From Ignavibacteriales bacterium (lineage in GTDB: Bacteria > Bacteroidota > Ignavibacteria > Ignavibacteriales > SURF-24): a stretch of DNA of 64,000 nucleotides. Under the pieces are notes generated by a model, which was given only the letters and a program-made list of their open reading frames with translations, was not told where the DNA came from and did not search any database. Both the position numbers and the translations under genes were made by a program. Of the stretch, positions 46,279-57,566 are shown in pieces (positions within the stretch are counted from its first letter, which is position 1; each line of letters starts with the position of its first letter). The stretch is from NCBI GenBank assembly GCA_003599415.1, contig QZKB01000012.1, forward strand, positions 2,041 to 66,040. The letters are read 5' to 3'.

Positions 46279-48258
46279 ATGAACAAAATTCAAGTCATCC
46301 AGCAAATCGTTATAATCCTTTCCGTTTCTCTTGCAATTATTTTTCTTTTTAAAAGAATTAATCTTCCAAGCATTCCGGGATTTTTGATTGCAGGAATAAT
46401 TATCGGTCCGCATGGTTTGGGTTTAATAAAAGAGATATCCATTATCGAAGCAATGGCAGAGATTGGAGTAATTCTGCTCTTGTTTACTATTGGTCTTGAA
46501 GTTTCTGTAAGTAAAATTAAACAACTTAAAAACCTTATTCTTGTCTCAGGAAGTTGGCAATTATTTTTAACCATGTTAATTTCCGGCGCATCTTTTTTCT
46601 TTTGGGGATTAGAACTGAAACAAAGCATCTTTCTTGGATTACTAGTAAGTATTTCCAGTACTGCAATAGTGCTTAAGCTGTTAACAGATAAAAATGAAAT
46701 AGATTCGCCTCATGGAAAGTTTGCATTAAGTATTTCAATTTTTCAGGACCTGGCATTTGTGCCAATTATAGTCATCATTCCTATACTCAGTACAAGTAAA
46801 GACTCAGACATACTGATTGGAGTTAATAAACTTTTAATTTCGTTTGTACTTTTTATTTTAGCGGTTGTCATATTCAGGTTTGCGTTACCAAAACTTTTAA
46901 AACAATTAGCAGAGATAAGGTTAAGAGAAGCTTTTACAATTGGAGTAATACTTTTAATTCTTGGCTCATCTTATATTACCGAATCAATCGGACTTTCTCT
47001 TGCATTGGGAGCATTTATTGCCGGGCTCATTCTTTCAGAAACAGATTTTAGCCATCAGGTGGTAGCAGATATTATTCCTCTTAAAGACGCATTTAATAGC
47101 CTATTCTTTGTTTCAATCGGCTTGTTGCTGGATGTCAATTATATTTTACAGTTTCCCGTTCCAAGTATTATCCTTACTATCGGATTGATTTTTATAAAAG
47201 CACTTGTAATTTTCTCCATAATTGTTTTTATGAAATATCCTCCGAGAGTAGGCATAGTTGCCGGATTTCTTTTAGCGCAGGTTGGTGAGTTCTCATTTGT
47301 TTTAATACATGTTGGAATGAATTATAAAATAATTAGCTCTGACCAGTATGCAGCTTTTCTTACTTCTTCTGTCGCGACTATGTTATTAACACCAGTTATT
47401 TACCAGGTAGTGCCGAAGCTTTCTCAAAGGCTTACAAAGTATGATTCTCTTGCAGATAGCTCAATGAAAAAGAGCAAGGAAAAATCTCTTATGAACCATG
47501 TTATCATAGGAGGGTATGGAATGAATGGTAAAAACCTGGCAAGAGTGTTAAAGGAAACCGGAATAAAATTTATAGCACTTGAGTTAAATCCTAAAACAGT
47601 GCGGGAATTCAAGGAGAAAAACGAAAACCTTATATACGGTGATATCACAAAAAGGGAAGTGCTTGAAGAAGCCGGGATTAAAACGGCATCGGTAATTTGT
47701 TTTTTAATTTCAGACCCGCTTTCTACAAGGTTTGGAATTAAAATGGTTAAAGAATTGAATCCTAAGGTGCACTGTATTGTTAGAACAAGATATATTAATG
47801 AGGTTGAAGAATTAATAAAAATTGGTGCGGATGAGGTCATACCGGAAGAGTTTGAAACTTCGCTTCAGATATTTACAAAGGTTCTGCAAAAATACCATAT
47901 TCCTCTTAATATCGTTGTTAAACAGGCAAATATTATACGGCAGGAATCTTATGGTATGCTTAGAAAAGATTCAACGGAATTTCATCCGCTTTCCCAAATA
48001 GATAAAATTCTGGCTGAAGGTTTGACCGAAAGTTATTTTGTAGAGGAATCCAATCCGAATCTGGATAAGAGTATTAAAGAGTTAAATATCAGAGCTCTTA
48101 CTGGAGCAACCATAATTGCTATTATAAGGAATGGTATAACAATAACAAATCCGTCAGGAAAAGAAGTCATTAATTCGGGTGATACACTGGTTCTTTATGG
48201 TAATCATCTTTCAGTTGATAATGCTATTGCATTGCTAAATACAGGAAATATTGATTAA
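46279..48258 (+). CDS. CPA2 cation:proton antiporter with C-terminal TrkA-N (RCK) and TrkA-C domains
   Basis: Na_H_exchanger-type 12-13 TM core. The GGYGMNGKNLARVL Rossmann loop is followed by a TrkA_C-like tail. Confidence 0.85.
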   Translation: MNKIQVIQQIVIILSVSLAIIFLFKRINLPSIPGFLIAGIIIGPHGLGLIKEISIIEAMAEIGVILLLFTIGLEVSVSKIKQLKNLILVSGSWQLFLTMLISGASFFFWGLELKQSIFLGLLVSISSTAIVLKLLTDKNEIDSPHGKFALSISIFQDLAFVPIIVIIPILSTSKDSDILIGVNKLLISFVLFILAVVIFRFALPKLLKQLAEIRLREAFTIGVILLILGSSYITESIGLSLALGAFIAGLILSETDFSHQVVADIIPLKDAFNSLFFVSIGLLLDVNYILQFPVPSIILTIGLIFIKALVIFSIIVFMKYPPRVGIVAGFLLAQVGEFSFVLIHVGMNYKIISSDQYAAFLTSSVATMLLTPVIYQVVPKLSQRLTKYDSLADSSMKKSKEKSLMNHVIIGGYGMNGKNLARVLKETGIKFIALELNPKTVREFKEKNENLIYGDITKREVLEEAGIKTASVICFLISDPLSTRFGIKMVKELNPKVHCIVRTRYINEVEELIKIGADEVIPEEFETSLQIFTKVLQKYHIPLNIVVKQANIIRQESYGMLRKDSTEFHPLSQIDKILAEGLTESYFVEESNPNLDKSIKELNIRALTGATIIAIIRNGITITNPSGKEVINSGDTLVLYGNHLSVDNAIALLNTGNID

Positions 48259-48457
48259 ACAATACCAAGTTTCACTTATTTAGGAAATACGATTTTTAAT
48301 TTTAAGAAATTTTAATTCCTTAAATACATCAAAACAGGTTTAAGTAACTTAAACCTAATATTAAACGGGCATCAAACTTGAAAGGGCAAGGCCAAAGAGA
48401 ACTAATGTGCTTATAAAGTTATCGTTAGTTTTGCACTAGGTAAAATTCAAAAAATAA

Positions 48458-49813
<1,356 letters not shown>

Positions 49814-49828
49814 AAGCCCATCCCCCAA

Positions 49829-49849
49829 CCCCTTCCCCAAGGGAAGGGG
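49829..49849 (+). repeat. GC-rich hairpin CCCCTTCCC-caa-GGGAAGGGG
   Basis: Perfect 9-bp stem 16 nt after the gdhA stop. Same polypyrimidine-arm type as 8998-9018 and 35179-35201. Confidence 0.8.
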
Positions 49850-49865
49850 AATAAGAACTTAATAA

Positions 49866-49895
49866 AAAAGCCTGCTGTAAAAGCAGGCTTTTATT
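49866..49895. terminator. Bidirectional rho-independent terminator (gdhA / SIS gene)
   Basis: aaaaAGCCTGCT-gtaa-AGCAGGCTtttatttt. There is an A-run upstream and a T-run downstream, between convergent genes. Confidence 0.7.
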
Positions 49896-49900
49896 TTAAT

Positions 49901-49932
49901 TCAAGCATTCAAACAATCAAGCATTCAAAAAA
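49901..49932. repeat. 2 x 16-nt tandem repeat (tcaagcattcaaacaa / tcaagcattcaaaaaa)
   Basis: Read directly. The reverse complement (ttgtttgaatgcttga) resembles the tandem repeat at 22732-22763. Confidence 0.8.
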
Positions 49933-49945
49933 TTGTTATAAAGTT

Positions 49946-50707
49946 TTATACTCCGGCTATTCTGCGTTTATATTCATATAGCGCTTCGCTTAATCTTTCT
50001 TTAGCTGTTGTATCACCCGGTACATTATGAGAAGGATGAATATATAATTTAACTCCGCGGTCAGCAAGAATTTCTGCGACAGTTGTTACAGTCATCCAGA
50101 CTGCTGTTACGAAAGCCATAGTAGAAATTGGGCCTACTTTATCAAAATGATTTTTTAAAGGAACACATGCATCCTGAATAGGAACACAAGTGTCAACAAT
50201 TATGTCGGCTAATTCAAAAATAGTTTTACCGCAGCTATGTCTTGTTTGTTTACCCTCAGCTTCTTTGGCAGATCCATAGACAATTACTTTCATTCCTTTC
50301 TTTTTAGCTTCAAGAGCAACATCAATATTTACTGAATTAATACCTGTATGAGAGAACAACCACATACAATCTTTTGAATCAAAATTGTATCCCTTCATTA
50401 TTTCATTGCCGTAACCTTCAACTCTTTCAAGGAACACAAACTGATGAACGCTCATACCACCGACAATATTTGTGAAGAATGTAAGCGGTAATTCAATCAT
50501 CGGATGGAAGCCAACAAACCCACCGATCCTTGGATACATTTCTTCTATTGGTAAAGTAGCATGACCGCATCCAAAAGTATGAACCCATCTACCCGCTTCG
50601 ATAGTATCTGCCATTATCAAAGCAGCTTTTTGAATATTTTCCATTTGGGTTTGTTCAATTTTATCCATCACTCCTTTCGCGTGGTCCAACCATATTTTTG
50701 CTAACAT
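49946..50707 (-). CDS. SIS domain protein (UPF0309-like)
   Basis: ...VHTFGCGHATLPIEEMYPRIGG... and ...LFSHTGINSVNIDVALEAKKKGMKVI... sugar-isomerase-fold pattern. Confidence 0.65.
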   Translation of the reverse strand: MLAKIWLDHAKGVMDKIEQTQMENIQKAALIMADTIEAGRWVHTFGCGHATLPIEEMYPRIGGFVGFHPMIELPLTFFTNIVGGMSVHQFVFLERVEGYGNEIMKGYNFDSKDCMWLFSHTGINSVNIDVALEAKKKGMKVIVYGSAKEAEGKQTRHSCGKTIFELADIIVDTCVPIQDACVPLKNHFDKVGPISTMAFVTAVWMTVTTVAEILADRGVKLYIHPSHNVPGDTTAKERLSEALYEYKRRIAGV

Positions 50708-50745
50708 TTTATCTTCCTTATGAAATTATTTATTTGATTTATTAG

Positions 50746-51909
50746 TTAAACTTTTATTTTGCTTTTTAATCTTCCAAGTGCAATCCAGAAAACCAAAGAC
50801 ATTAACAGAACACTTATTATTTGTATTGTCGGGAATATACCTATTCCGAATGGAATGGAAAGAGAACCGACAAGATAATTTAAAAGAGTGTTGCCAACCA
50901 AAGCAATTGTTATTGCAATGCTGAATGCTGTTCCTGTAACTTCGGCATATAATTCTCCGACATAACCAAGTACAACAGGAAAACCTGGGGCGAATCCAAT
51001 ACCTAATAATGCTACTCCAATGTAAGCAATAGTAACTGAGTTTGAAGTTAACAACAGGATTGCTCCGACAAGAATTAATGCCAGGCAGGCAAACTGCACA
51101 ACAAACGGACGAATTTTTTTAAGCATAAATCCCAACGCTAATCTTGTTATTAACAAACCAAGATTTAAAATTGTAAGTGCATATAGAGAAGATTCAACAT
51201 TAATCCCTTTGCCTTTTTCAAGGAATGCAGCGCTCCAGTTATTTGTTATACCTTCCAGCCCGCTTTCAAAAAATAAAACAAAACCTAAAAGAATTAATAC
51301 TGCCGGGCTCTTTATAAGCTTTAAATTTTCAGAAAACTTAGTCCCTTTTTGCTGAATAGGATTCGGAAATTTTATTACAAGGAAATAAATAGTAGGTAAC
51401 AAAATAAAGAAGCCTACAGAGGCAATTATGTTTGAAACGCTCATCGCCTTTGAAAGCAAGCCAAGTAAGCCGGGCATTCCCATTGCTCCTAATCCAAAGA
51501 AAACACCAAGAAAACTTAAATTAGAACCTTTCCCTTCAGCAGTAATAACTGATACTAATGCATTCGTTCCGCCGTTTAAGGAGCCACCACCAAGTCCAAT
51601 AAGAAAATATGCGAACAATACTAATCCGAAAGAGTTTGTGTAAGCAATTAGTTCAAAGGCGGCAACAAGAAGAACAGAGCTGATAATTAAAAGGGCTTTA
51701 TATCCATACTTATCTACAAGCGGACCAAAAATAAGTGAGCCGATTAAAATTCCAGCCGGAAGTATAGCAGATAATAATCCAAGTGTTTCGCCGGAAATTC
51801 TGTACTGTTCCGTCAGGTAAGACATTATTGTTCCTAAGGACAGAAATGCGATTCCGAATAAAAGCATTCCTAGACAGGCAGCAGCAAATACTAAATTTTT
51901 ATTATACAT
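50746..51909 (-). CDS. MFS transporter (sugar-type)
   Basis: 12 TM helices, and a GPLVDKYGYK loop after TM2 typical of MFS. Confidence 0.8.
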   Translation of the reverse strand: MYNKNLVFAAACLGMLLFGIAFLSLGTIMSYLTEQYRISGETLGLLSAILPAGILIGSLIFGPLVDKYGYKALLIISSVLLVAAFELIAYTNSFGLVLFAYFLIGLGGGSLNGGTNALVSVITAEGKGSNLSFLGVFFGLGAMGMPGLLGLLSKAMSVSNIIASVGFFILLPTIYFLVIKFPNPIQQKGTKFSENLKLIKSPAVLILLGFVLFFESGLEGITNNWSAAFLEKGKGINVESSLYALTILNLGLLITRLALGFMLKKIRPFVVQFACLALILVGAILLLTSNSVTIAYIGVALLGIGFAPGFPVVLGYVGELYAEVTGTAFSIAITIALVGNTLLNYLVGSLSIPFGIGIFPTIQIISVLLMSLVFWIALGRLKSKIKV

Positions 51910-51939
51910 TAAACTTCTCCTGATGAGGAATTAAAAATT

Positions 51940-52884
51940 TTAATCTTCTTTCAACGCAAGATATCCTGCGCCTATTAAACCGGCCTTACCGCCAAGTTTT
52001 GAACCTTCAAGTGTAACCTGGTTAATGCTTATAGGCTGAGCCCATTTGCGCGCTTCAATCATTATTTCATTTAAGAATTTTACTGCAGGTCCAAATACTC
52101 CGCCACCAAAAATTATTTTTTCCGGGTTGAACAGACTTACTAAATTGGCAACTGTCATTCCCCAGAACTCAATTGCCTGGTTGATAGTATCAACTGCATT
52201 CTTATCATTTTCATCATACGCACTAAAGACATCCCGCGCTGTTAGTTCATCAATACTTTTAGATGATAATATTCCTTTTGGATTTTTAGTTACCAGTTCT
52301 TTTACAACTTTTGCCAATCCTTCACCGGAAGCATGATATTCAAAGCATCCGCAGCTAACATATTTTTGTTCAAAAGGTCTGTCAAGAGCGAGCCAGCCAA
52401 TTGCACCGGCAATATCATTTGAACCACGCATTACTTTTCCATCGACCAGAATTCCAGCGCCAATTCCGGTTCCTACTGCAAGAAAGATAGCGTCTTTACA
52501 ACCTTTTGCAGAGCCCTGCCATACTTCACCAAGTATATAGCAGGCGCGGTCGCTGTCTATTTTTACTTTTATATTTTTTTCTTTTACTACTGAATTTATT
52601 TCTTCAAGCAAAGGATAATTATCCCAGCCCGGAATATTAGGTGCCCAGACATTTCCATTCCTGTAAGCAATACCGGGTACACAAATACCGATAGAAGATA
52701 CAGCAATTTTATTTTCATCAGAATAAGAAAGGAAATCTTTTACAAGTTTATTTATAAGATCTCCAACTTCCTTTCCCTGTCTTTTTTCAAGAGGAAGAAT
52801 ATCCTGTTTAACAATTGTGCCGTCTTCTTTAAAAATTGCTCCGGAAAGTTTTGTCCCGCCAAGGTCTAATCCGATTACGTACAT
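51940..52884 (-). CDS. ROK family sugar kinase
   Basis: IGLDLGGTK N-terminus, GTGIGAGI, and the zinc motif region ...CGC.E.HASG. Confidence 0.85.
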   Translation of the reverse strand: MYVIGLDLGGTKLSGAIFKEDGTIVKQDILPLEKRQGKEVGDLINKLVKDFLSYSDENKIAVSSIGICVPGIAYRNGNVWAPNIPGWDNYPLLEEINSVVKEKNIKVKIDSDRACYILGEVWQGSAKGCKDAIFLAVGTGIGAGILVDGKVMRGSNDIAGAIGWLALDRPFEQKYVSCGCFEYHASGEGLAKVVKELVTKNPKGILSSKSIDELTARDVFSAYDENDKNAVDTINQAIEFWGMTVANLVSLFNPEKIIFGGGVFGPAVKFLNEIMIEARKWAQPISINQVTLEGSKLGGKAGLIGAGYLALKED

Positions 52885-53086
52885 AAAAACTCTGAATTGT
52901 TTTTATTGTTAAATTACATCCTCAACTTAGATTAAGGCAAAGAGCATTGCAAGAGGAAAAAAATCTTAAAAAAAAAGATTGACTTTTAAAGGAAAGTTTT
53001 AATTGAACTAAGCACTCCATAGGTTCAAATGTGATTTGTCCACGAAATCATAACTAACTTTTTTACTAGTGAATAAAAACACCAAA

Positions 53087-54040
53087 TTAAAATCTGCCCA
53101 ATGCAAGATGACCGGCGCCGAACAGCCCGGCATTATTTCCAAGCTGTGAAGGCGAGAATTTTACTTTATCGATGCTAAGGGGCTGTGCCCACTTTTTAGC
53201 TTCGCTTTTAATTTCATCAATAAAAAATATTCCGGGGCCAAAAACACCGCCGCCAAAAATTAATATTTCCGGGTTAAAAGCACTTATAATGTTTGCCGCA
53301 GTAATTCCCCATAGTTCAACTGACTCTCTAATTATTTTTTGCGCAATAGGATCTTTTTGTTTGTATGCATCAAACACATCTCCAATAACAAGGTTCTGAA
53401 TTTTTATATCTTTGAAGTATCCCGAATAATCATCAATTATATTCAACGATTCTTTAACTCTTGTAATAATTCCTTTACCGGAGGCTAATGATTCAAGGCA
53501 ACCTTTTTCACTATAAGCATCCTTGTAAGTTCTGTCCACTGCAAACCAGCCGATTGCGCCAACAGCGTCATTAAAACCATGAAGAATTTTTCCGTCGATT
53601 AATATTCCCGCACCGATACCGCTTCCAACTGCAAGATAAACAGCATTCTTTGTTTCTTTTGCTGCACCCTGCCAGTGTTCGCCAAGAATGCAGCAGGTAC
53701 GGTTGTTATCAATTTTAATACGGATATTTTTTCCGCGCAGCAAATAACTTATATCCTGCAGCAATGGATAATTATCCCAACCAGGAATATTAGGTGCCCA
53801 CACCAATCCTGTTTTTGAATAACAAATTCCCGGAACAGAAACACCCACAGCTTTAATCTGAATCGGCTCATTTTCAAATAGAGAAAGTAATTTTTTTATC
53901 TGGTTCTGTATAAGTAAACTAACCTGTTCGCCTTGCTTTCCTTCAATTGAAAGAGATTCCTTCTTCATTACCTTGCCCGCCATACTTATAACTGCACTCG
54001 TAACGCTTATACTTGTTAAATCAATTGTTATTACTGCCAA
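53087..54040 (-). CDS. ROK family protein, divergent tandem paralog
   Basis: Collinear with the previous ROK (WAPNIPGWDNYPLL, GSGIGAGILIDGK, IFGGGVFGP), but the N-terminal ATP motif is degenerate (ITIDLTSISVT). TTG start with ggag upstream. Confidence 0.75.
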   Translation of the reverse strand: MAVITIDLTSISVTSAVISMAGKVMKKESLSIEGKQGEQVSLLIQNQIKKLLSLFENEPIQIKAVGVSVPGICYSKTGLVWAPNIPGWDNYPLLQDISYLLRGKNIRIKIDNNRTCCILGEHWQGAAKETKNAVYLAVGSGIGAGILIDGKILHGFNDAVGAIGWFAVDRTYKDAYSEKGCLESLASGKGIITRVKESLNIIDDYSGYFKDIKIQNLVIGDVFDAYKQKDPIAQKIIRESVELWGITAANIISAFNPEILIFGGGVFGPGIFFIDEIKSEAKKWAQPLSIDKVKFSPSQLGNNAGLFGAGHLALGRF

Positions 54041-54215
54041 AAATACTCCAAAGTTCTTTTCACATTTGAAAGAAGTATAGTGAAATGAAAAATTACACGC
54101 AATAATCTTTTAAAAAAATAGCTTGATTGCTTATCTTAGCAACGGTAAATTAATCATCGAAAATAATATTTCCTTAAAGTTCATTTTAATTAATTCTTAA
54201 GGTAACGGAGCAATA

Positions 54216-54407
54216 ATGAAAAAATTAAGACGTTCCAAAAATAAAATGATTGCAGGTGTTTGCGGTGGAATAGGGGAGTACCTCGGAATTGATCCCACTC
54301 TTGTAAGAGTAGGATATGTAATTTTATCTTTGGTTAGCGCTGCATTTCCGGGCTTACTTGTTTATATTATTCTTTGGATAGTTATTCCGGAAGAAGATAA
54401 TGTCTAA
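54216..54407 (+). CDS. PspC domain membrane protein
   Basis: RS...KMIAGVCGGIGEYLGIDPTLVRV.YV.L signature. Confidence 0.75.
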   Translation: MKKLRRSKNKMIAGVCGGIGEYLGIDPTLVRVGYVILSLVSAAFPGLLVYIILWIVIPEEDNV

Positions 54408-54945
54408 AAGAATTCTCCTTGTTTTAATACTTTTACTTATTTGTACATTTGTATTTCCTCAGATTGAGGAGTTTAGTGTTGGTTTAAAATTAGGACCTGG
54501 TACAATTAGCGGTAACCTGCCTTCGCAAACGAGTGTGGCTGCAGAATTATTTGTTGATGTTCTGCCAACGGTAACACAGGGTATTCCATTGCGTATGGGT
54601 TTAATATATGCCCGCAGGTTCGAAGCTTTTTTACCGCAGGGATTGCGCGGCAAATATTATCCTTTTGTTAAAGGAATTTACATCTGCGGTATTTTGAAAC
54701 AACCGCTTGGTAAATTAGGATACTTAGAAGAATCACTCGGCCCGTTGTATTTAAATGACAGAACATACAGCGATGTTAATGCAAATGATATCGGAGTGAT
54801 GTTTTCGCTTTTAATTGGATTGGATTTCCGGTATGGAGAAAAATCCGGATTTGCCTCCGGTCTTGGCGTTGAATACGGAACCACATTTACGAGCACAACT
54901 GCACGGTATACAACGGTTAATTTTCAATTGCAGTATTTCTTTTAA
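54400..54945 (+). CDS. Hypothetical secreted/outer-membrane protein
   Basis: Signal peptide, alternating beta-like pattern, aromatic C-terminus (LQYFF). Overlaps the pspC-like gene by 8 nt. Confidence 0.4.
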   Translation: MSKRILLVLILLLICTFVFPQIEEFSVGLKLGPGTISGNLPSQTSVAAELFVDVLPTVTQGIPLRMGLIYARRFEAFLPQGLRGKYYPFVKGIYICGILKQPLGKLGYLEESLGPLYLNDRTYSDVNANDIGVMFSLLIGLDFRYGEKSGFASGLGVEYGTTFTSTTARYTTVNFQLQYFF

Positions 54946-54973
54946 TAAACTAAAATATATTGTGAGGATATAA

Positions 54974-55180
54974 ATGAAAGAGATTAATTATGTGGTATGG
55001 CAGGAAGAGAAATATTATGTTGCCAGATGTCTGAATGTCGAAGTTTCCTCTTTCGGAGAAACATTGCAGGAAGCAATTGATAATCTTAAAGAAGCTGTTG
55101 AATTATATTATGAAGGGGAAAACTTTCAGTTACCGGAAATAAAATCTGTTATTTTAGGCAGAGATAATATTAATGCCTAA
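54974..55180 (+). CDS. hicB: HicB-like antitoxin (UPF0150-type, no DNA-binding tail evident)
   Basis: ...YYVARCLNVEVSSFGETLQEAIDNLKEAVELY pattern. Overlaps hicA by 8 nt. Confidence 0.7.
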   Translation: MKEINYVVWQEEKYYVARCLNVEVSSFGETLQEAIDNLKEAVELYYEGENFQLPEIKSVILGRDNINA

Positions 55181-55397
55181 ACTCTATTCATCAAAAGAGA
55201 TTGAATTAGTTTTAGCAAGGATTGGTTTTTACCACAGAGCACAGAAAGGTTCTCATGGTAAATTCAAAAATGAATCCGGTAGCATCATTATTTTACCAAT
55301 GAATAAAAAAGAAATACCTTATGGAACATTCAGGAGTATATTAAAACAATTGAATATATCCCTTCGGGAATTTGAGGCTTTGTTAAATAAAAAATAA
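55173..55397 (+). CDS. hicA: HicA family mRNA interferase toxin
   Basis: ...KEIELVLARIGFYHRAQKGSHGKFKN...IILPMNKKEIPYGTFRSILKQ pattern (YcfA/HicA). Confidence 0.8.
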   Translation: MPKLYSSKEIELVLARIGFYHRAQKGSHGKFKNESGSIIILPMNKKEIPYGTFRSILKQLNISLREFEALLNKK

Positions 55398-55421
55398 TTT
55401 ACTTCAGGAGTCTGAAAAAAA

Positions 55422-57566
55422 TTATTCAATCTTTCCTTTCAGAAGTTCTTCCTTTAATCTTTTCGCTTTATAAACATCGGAAATTGCTTCGAGCAAACCT
55501 TTGCTGTCAATTGCTACTGTCCGGTTGTTTGCAGGATCAAAAATAAAATCACCTGCATGACTTTCCATATTACCATCAAATACCAGCCCGATGACTTCTA
55601 AATTTTTATTAACGGCTGCGCTGCCTGAATTGCCGCCAATGATATCATTTGTTGAAGCAAAATCAAGTGGATATTCAAGATTCAATTCGGGTGCGGGTTT
55701 TTGCCAGCGCTGCGGAAGCGTCCATGGAAATTTACCGTTGAATGAATAGTACCTATCATACATTCCGTAATAAGTCGTTTTAGGTGGAGCCAAGGTTCCG
55801 TTATATTCATAACTTTTTATAACTCCGTCTGAGATTCTTAAAGTACCGGTGGCGTCCGGTGGAAGAGATTGACCGAATACATCAAACAAAGCTTCACCTA
55901 AAAGCTGGTTGTTTAATTGTTCACCCGAATTTAATTCATTTGCTCTCTGCTGAAGTCCCGCTAATTTATCTCTTGTGTTCAGCACGTATTTAATGAACGG
56001 ATCATTTGAACTGAGAATTGCTTCCGGACCTTCTTTTGCTAATGCAGTAAAATCATCTTTAGATGTTAACCTGGAGTTTTTAAATATAAATTCAACTGCA
56101 GCATCACCGGAATTTCCACCGGTTAATTCATCAACAAGCGGATTACTCTTACCGAGATCAGCCTCGATATGTTTTAATTGAACAGCAAGAAGTTTCTTTT
56201 GAAGCTCTACATCAAGCTTAGCAGGATACATTTTCTTTATTAATGAATCAGGATTACCCCTGAACTTTTCTTCTCTTGCGTTTTCGGGAAGTTTAAGCTG
56301 CTCAGCAAGCTTAATTATATTTGTCGCAAATGTAAAATATCTTGGTCCCCTGAAACCGCCAACCTGGTAAGCATCAATCTCGTAAAATATTTTTTTCATC
56401 TCATCTCTTGAAGCTAAAATCTCATCCCATATTTTCCCATACTTATTTTTAAGCGAAGGGTTTTCATTTACTCTCTGCTGAAAAGTTTTTTCAAAATCTT
56501 TTTTCTTTGCAATCAGGTAATCGTTATTAAGTTCGGCCAATGTTCCTTCATAAACTTTTTTTGCATTTCCTATACTCATCACCATATTCAGAAGTTCGGA
56601 TTCTCTTTCCGGGTATTTGTTGAACAGTTCGAAGTACACCGAATAAATATCTTTAAACCAGCCTGCAAGGTTGGGATACTGGTACTCTCTTTTAAATTCC
56701 AACTGGGCTAATGTCTGCAATCGTCCTGTTCTGCCAGGATTACCAATTACAAATATCGGTTCATTTTCTTTAGCGCCGTCCGGATTGAATTTGAAGTAAT
56801 CTTTTGTCTTTATCGGTTTCCCACTGTCATTGTAAGCGCGGAAAAACATGAAGTCCAATTCATAACGCGGGTAAGTAAAATTATCGTAGTCCCATCCTGT
56901 AGAGGCGATATTAAATTCAGGAGCCATAACAAGTTTAATATTGCTGTATCTTTTATAACCGTACAGTGAATATTTTCCGCCGTTATACAATGGAATTACT
57001 AAGCAGGTCAGCCCGGTTTTTTCTGAATATGATTTTTCTGTCTCTTTAATTTTCAGGTTCTTTAATTTAATCTTCTCGTTATCATCCGAACCTGATTTAA
57101 TTGCAGCTTTTATTTCATCGGTTACATCTTCAATTAGCAAAAGCTGATCTACGTATAAACCGGGAATATGTCTTTCTTCTTCAAGTATATTGGCAATAAA
57201 ACCATCTTTAAACAAATCTTCACCCGGTTTCTGAACTGTTAGCATGGCATCGCGTCCGCAATGATGGTTAGTCATAATAAGTCCATCCTCTGAAACAAAT
57301 GAAGCAGTGCAGCCGCCATCAAATTTAAGTGCACACTTACGTGCTTTTTCAAGCCATTCCTCCGATGGTTTGAATCCATATTCTCTTTCGAAGTATTCTA
57401 GCGGCGGATTATCAAACGTCCACATTTTGCCCATATCAAACTGGCCTGCTTTAACGGTATCAAGTTTTGGGTTTGATAGTTGTGTCTGTACAGATGAAGC
57501 GCAATTTGAAAACACTAAACAAAGGTTAAAAAAGAATAGCGAATAAAATATTCTGGATGGTTTCAT
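55422..57566 (-). CDS. S46 family dipeptidyl-peptidase (DPP7/DPP11-like)
   Basis: ...GGCTASFVSEDGLIMTNHHC (His), and C-terminal GGNSGSA (Ser). Signal peptide from the ATG at 57566. The upstream extension to 57689 is rejected. Confidence 0.85.
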   Translation of the reverse strand: MKPSRIFYSLFFFNLCLVFSNCASSVQTQLSNPKLDTVKAGQFDMGKMWTFDNPPLEYFEREYGFKPSEEWLEKARKCALKFDGGCTASFVSEDGLIMTNHHCGRDAMLTVQKPGEDLFKDGFIANILEEERHIPGLYVDQLLLIEDVTDEIKAAIKSGSDDNEKIKLKNLKIKETEKSYSEKTGLTCLVIPLYNGGKYSLYGYKRYSNIKLVMAPEFNIASTGWDYDNFTYPRYELDFMFFRAYNDSGKPIKTKDYFKFNPDGAKENEPIFVIGNPGRTGRLQTLAQLEFKREYQYPNLAGWFKDIYSVYFELFNKYPERESELLNMVMSIGNAKKVYEGTLAELNNDYLIAKKKDFEKTFQQRVNENPSLKNKYGKIWDEILASRDEMKKIFYEIDAYQVGGFRGPRYFTFATNIIKLAEQLKLPENAREEKFRGNPDSLIKKMYPAKLDVELQKKLLAVQLKHIEADLGKSNPLVDELTGGNSGDAAVEFIFKNSRLTSKDDFTALAKEGPEAILSSNDPFIKYVLNTRDKLAGLQQRANELNSGEQLNNQLLGEALFDVFGQSLPPDATGTLRISDGVIKSYEYNGTLAPPKTTYYGMYDRYYSFNGKFPWTLPQRWQKPAPELNLEYPLDFASTNDIIGGNSGSAAVNKNLEVIGLVFDGNMESHAGDFIFDPANNRTVAIDSKGLLEAISDVYKAKRLKEELLKGKIE

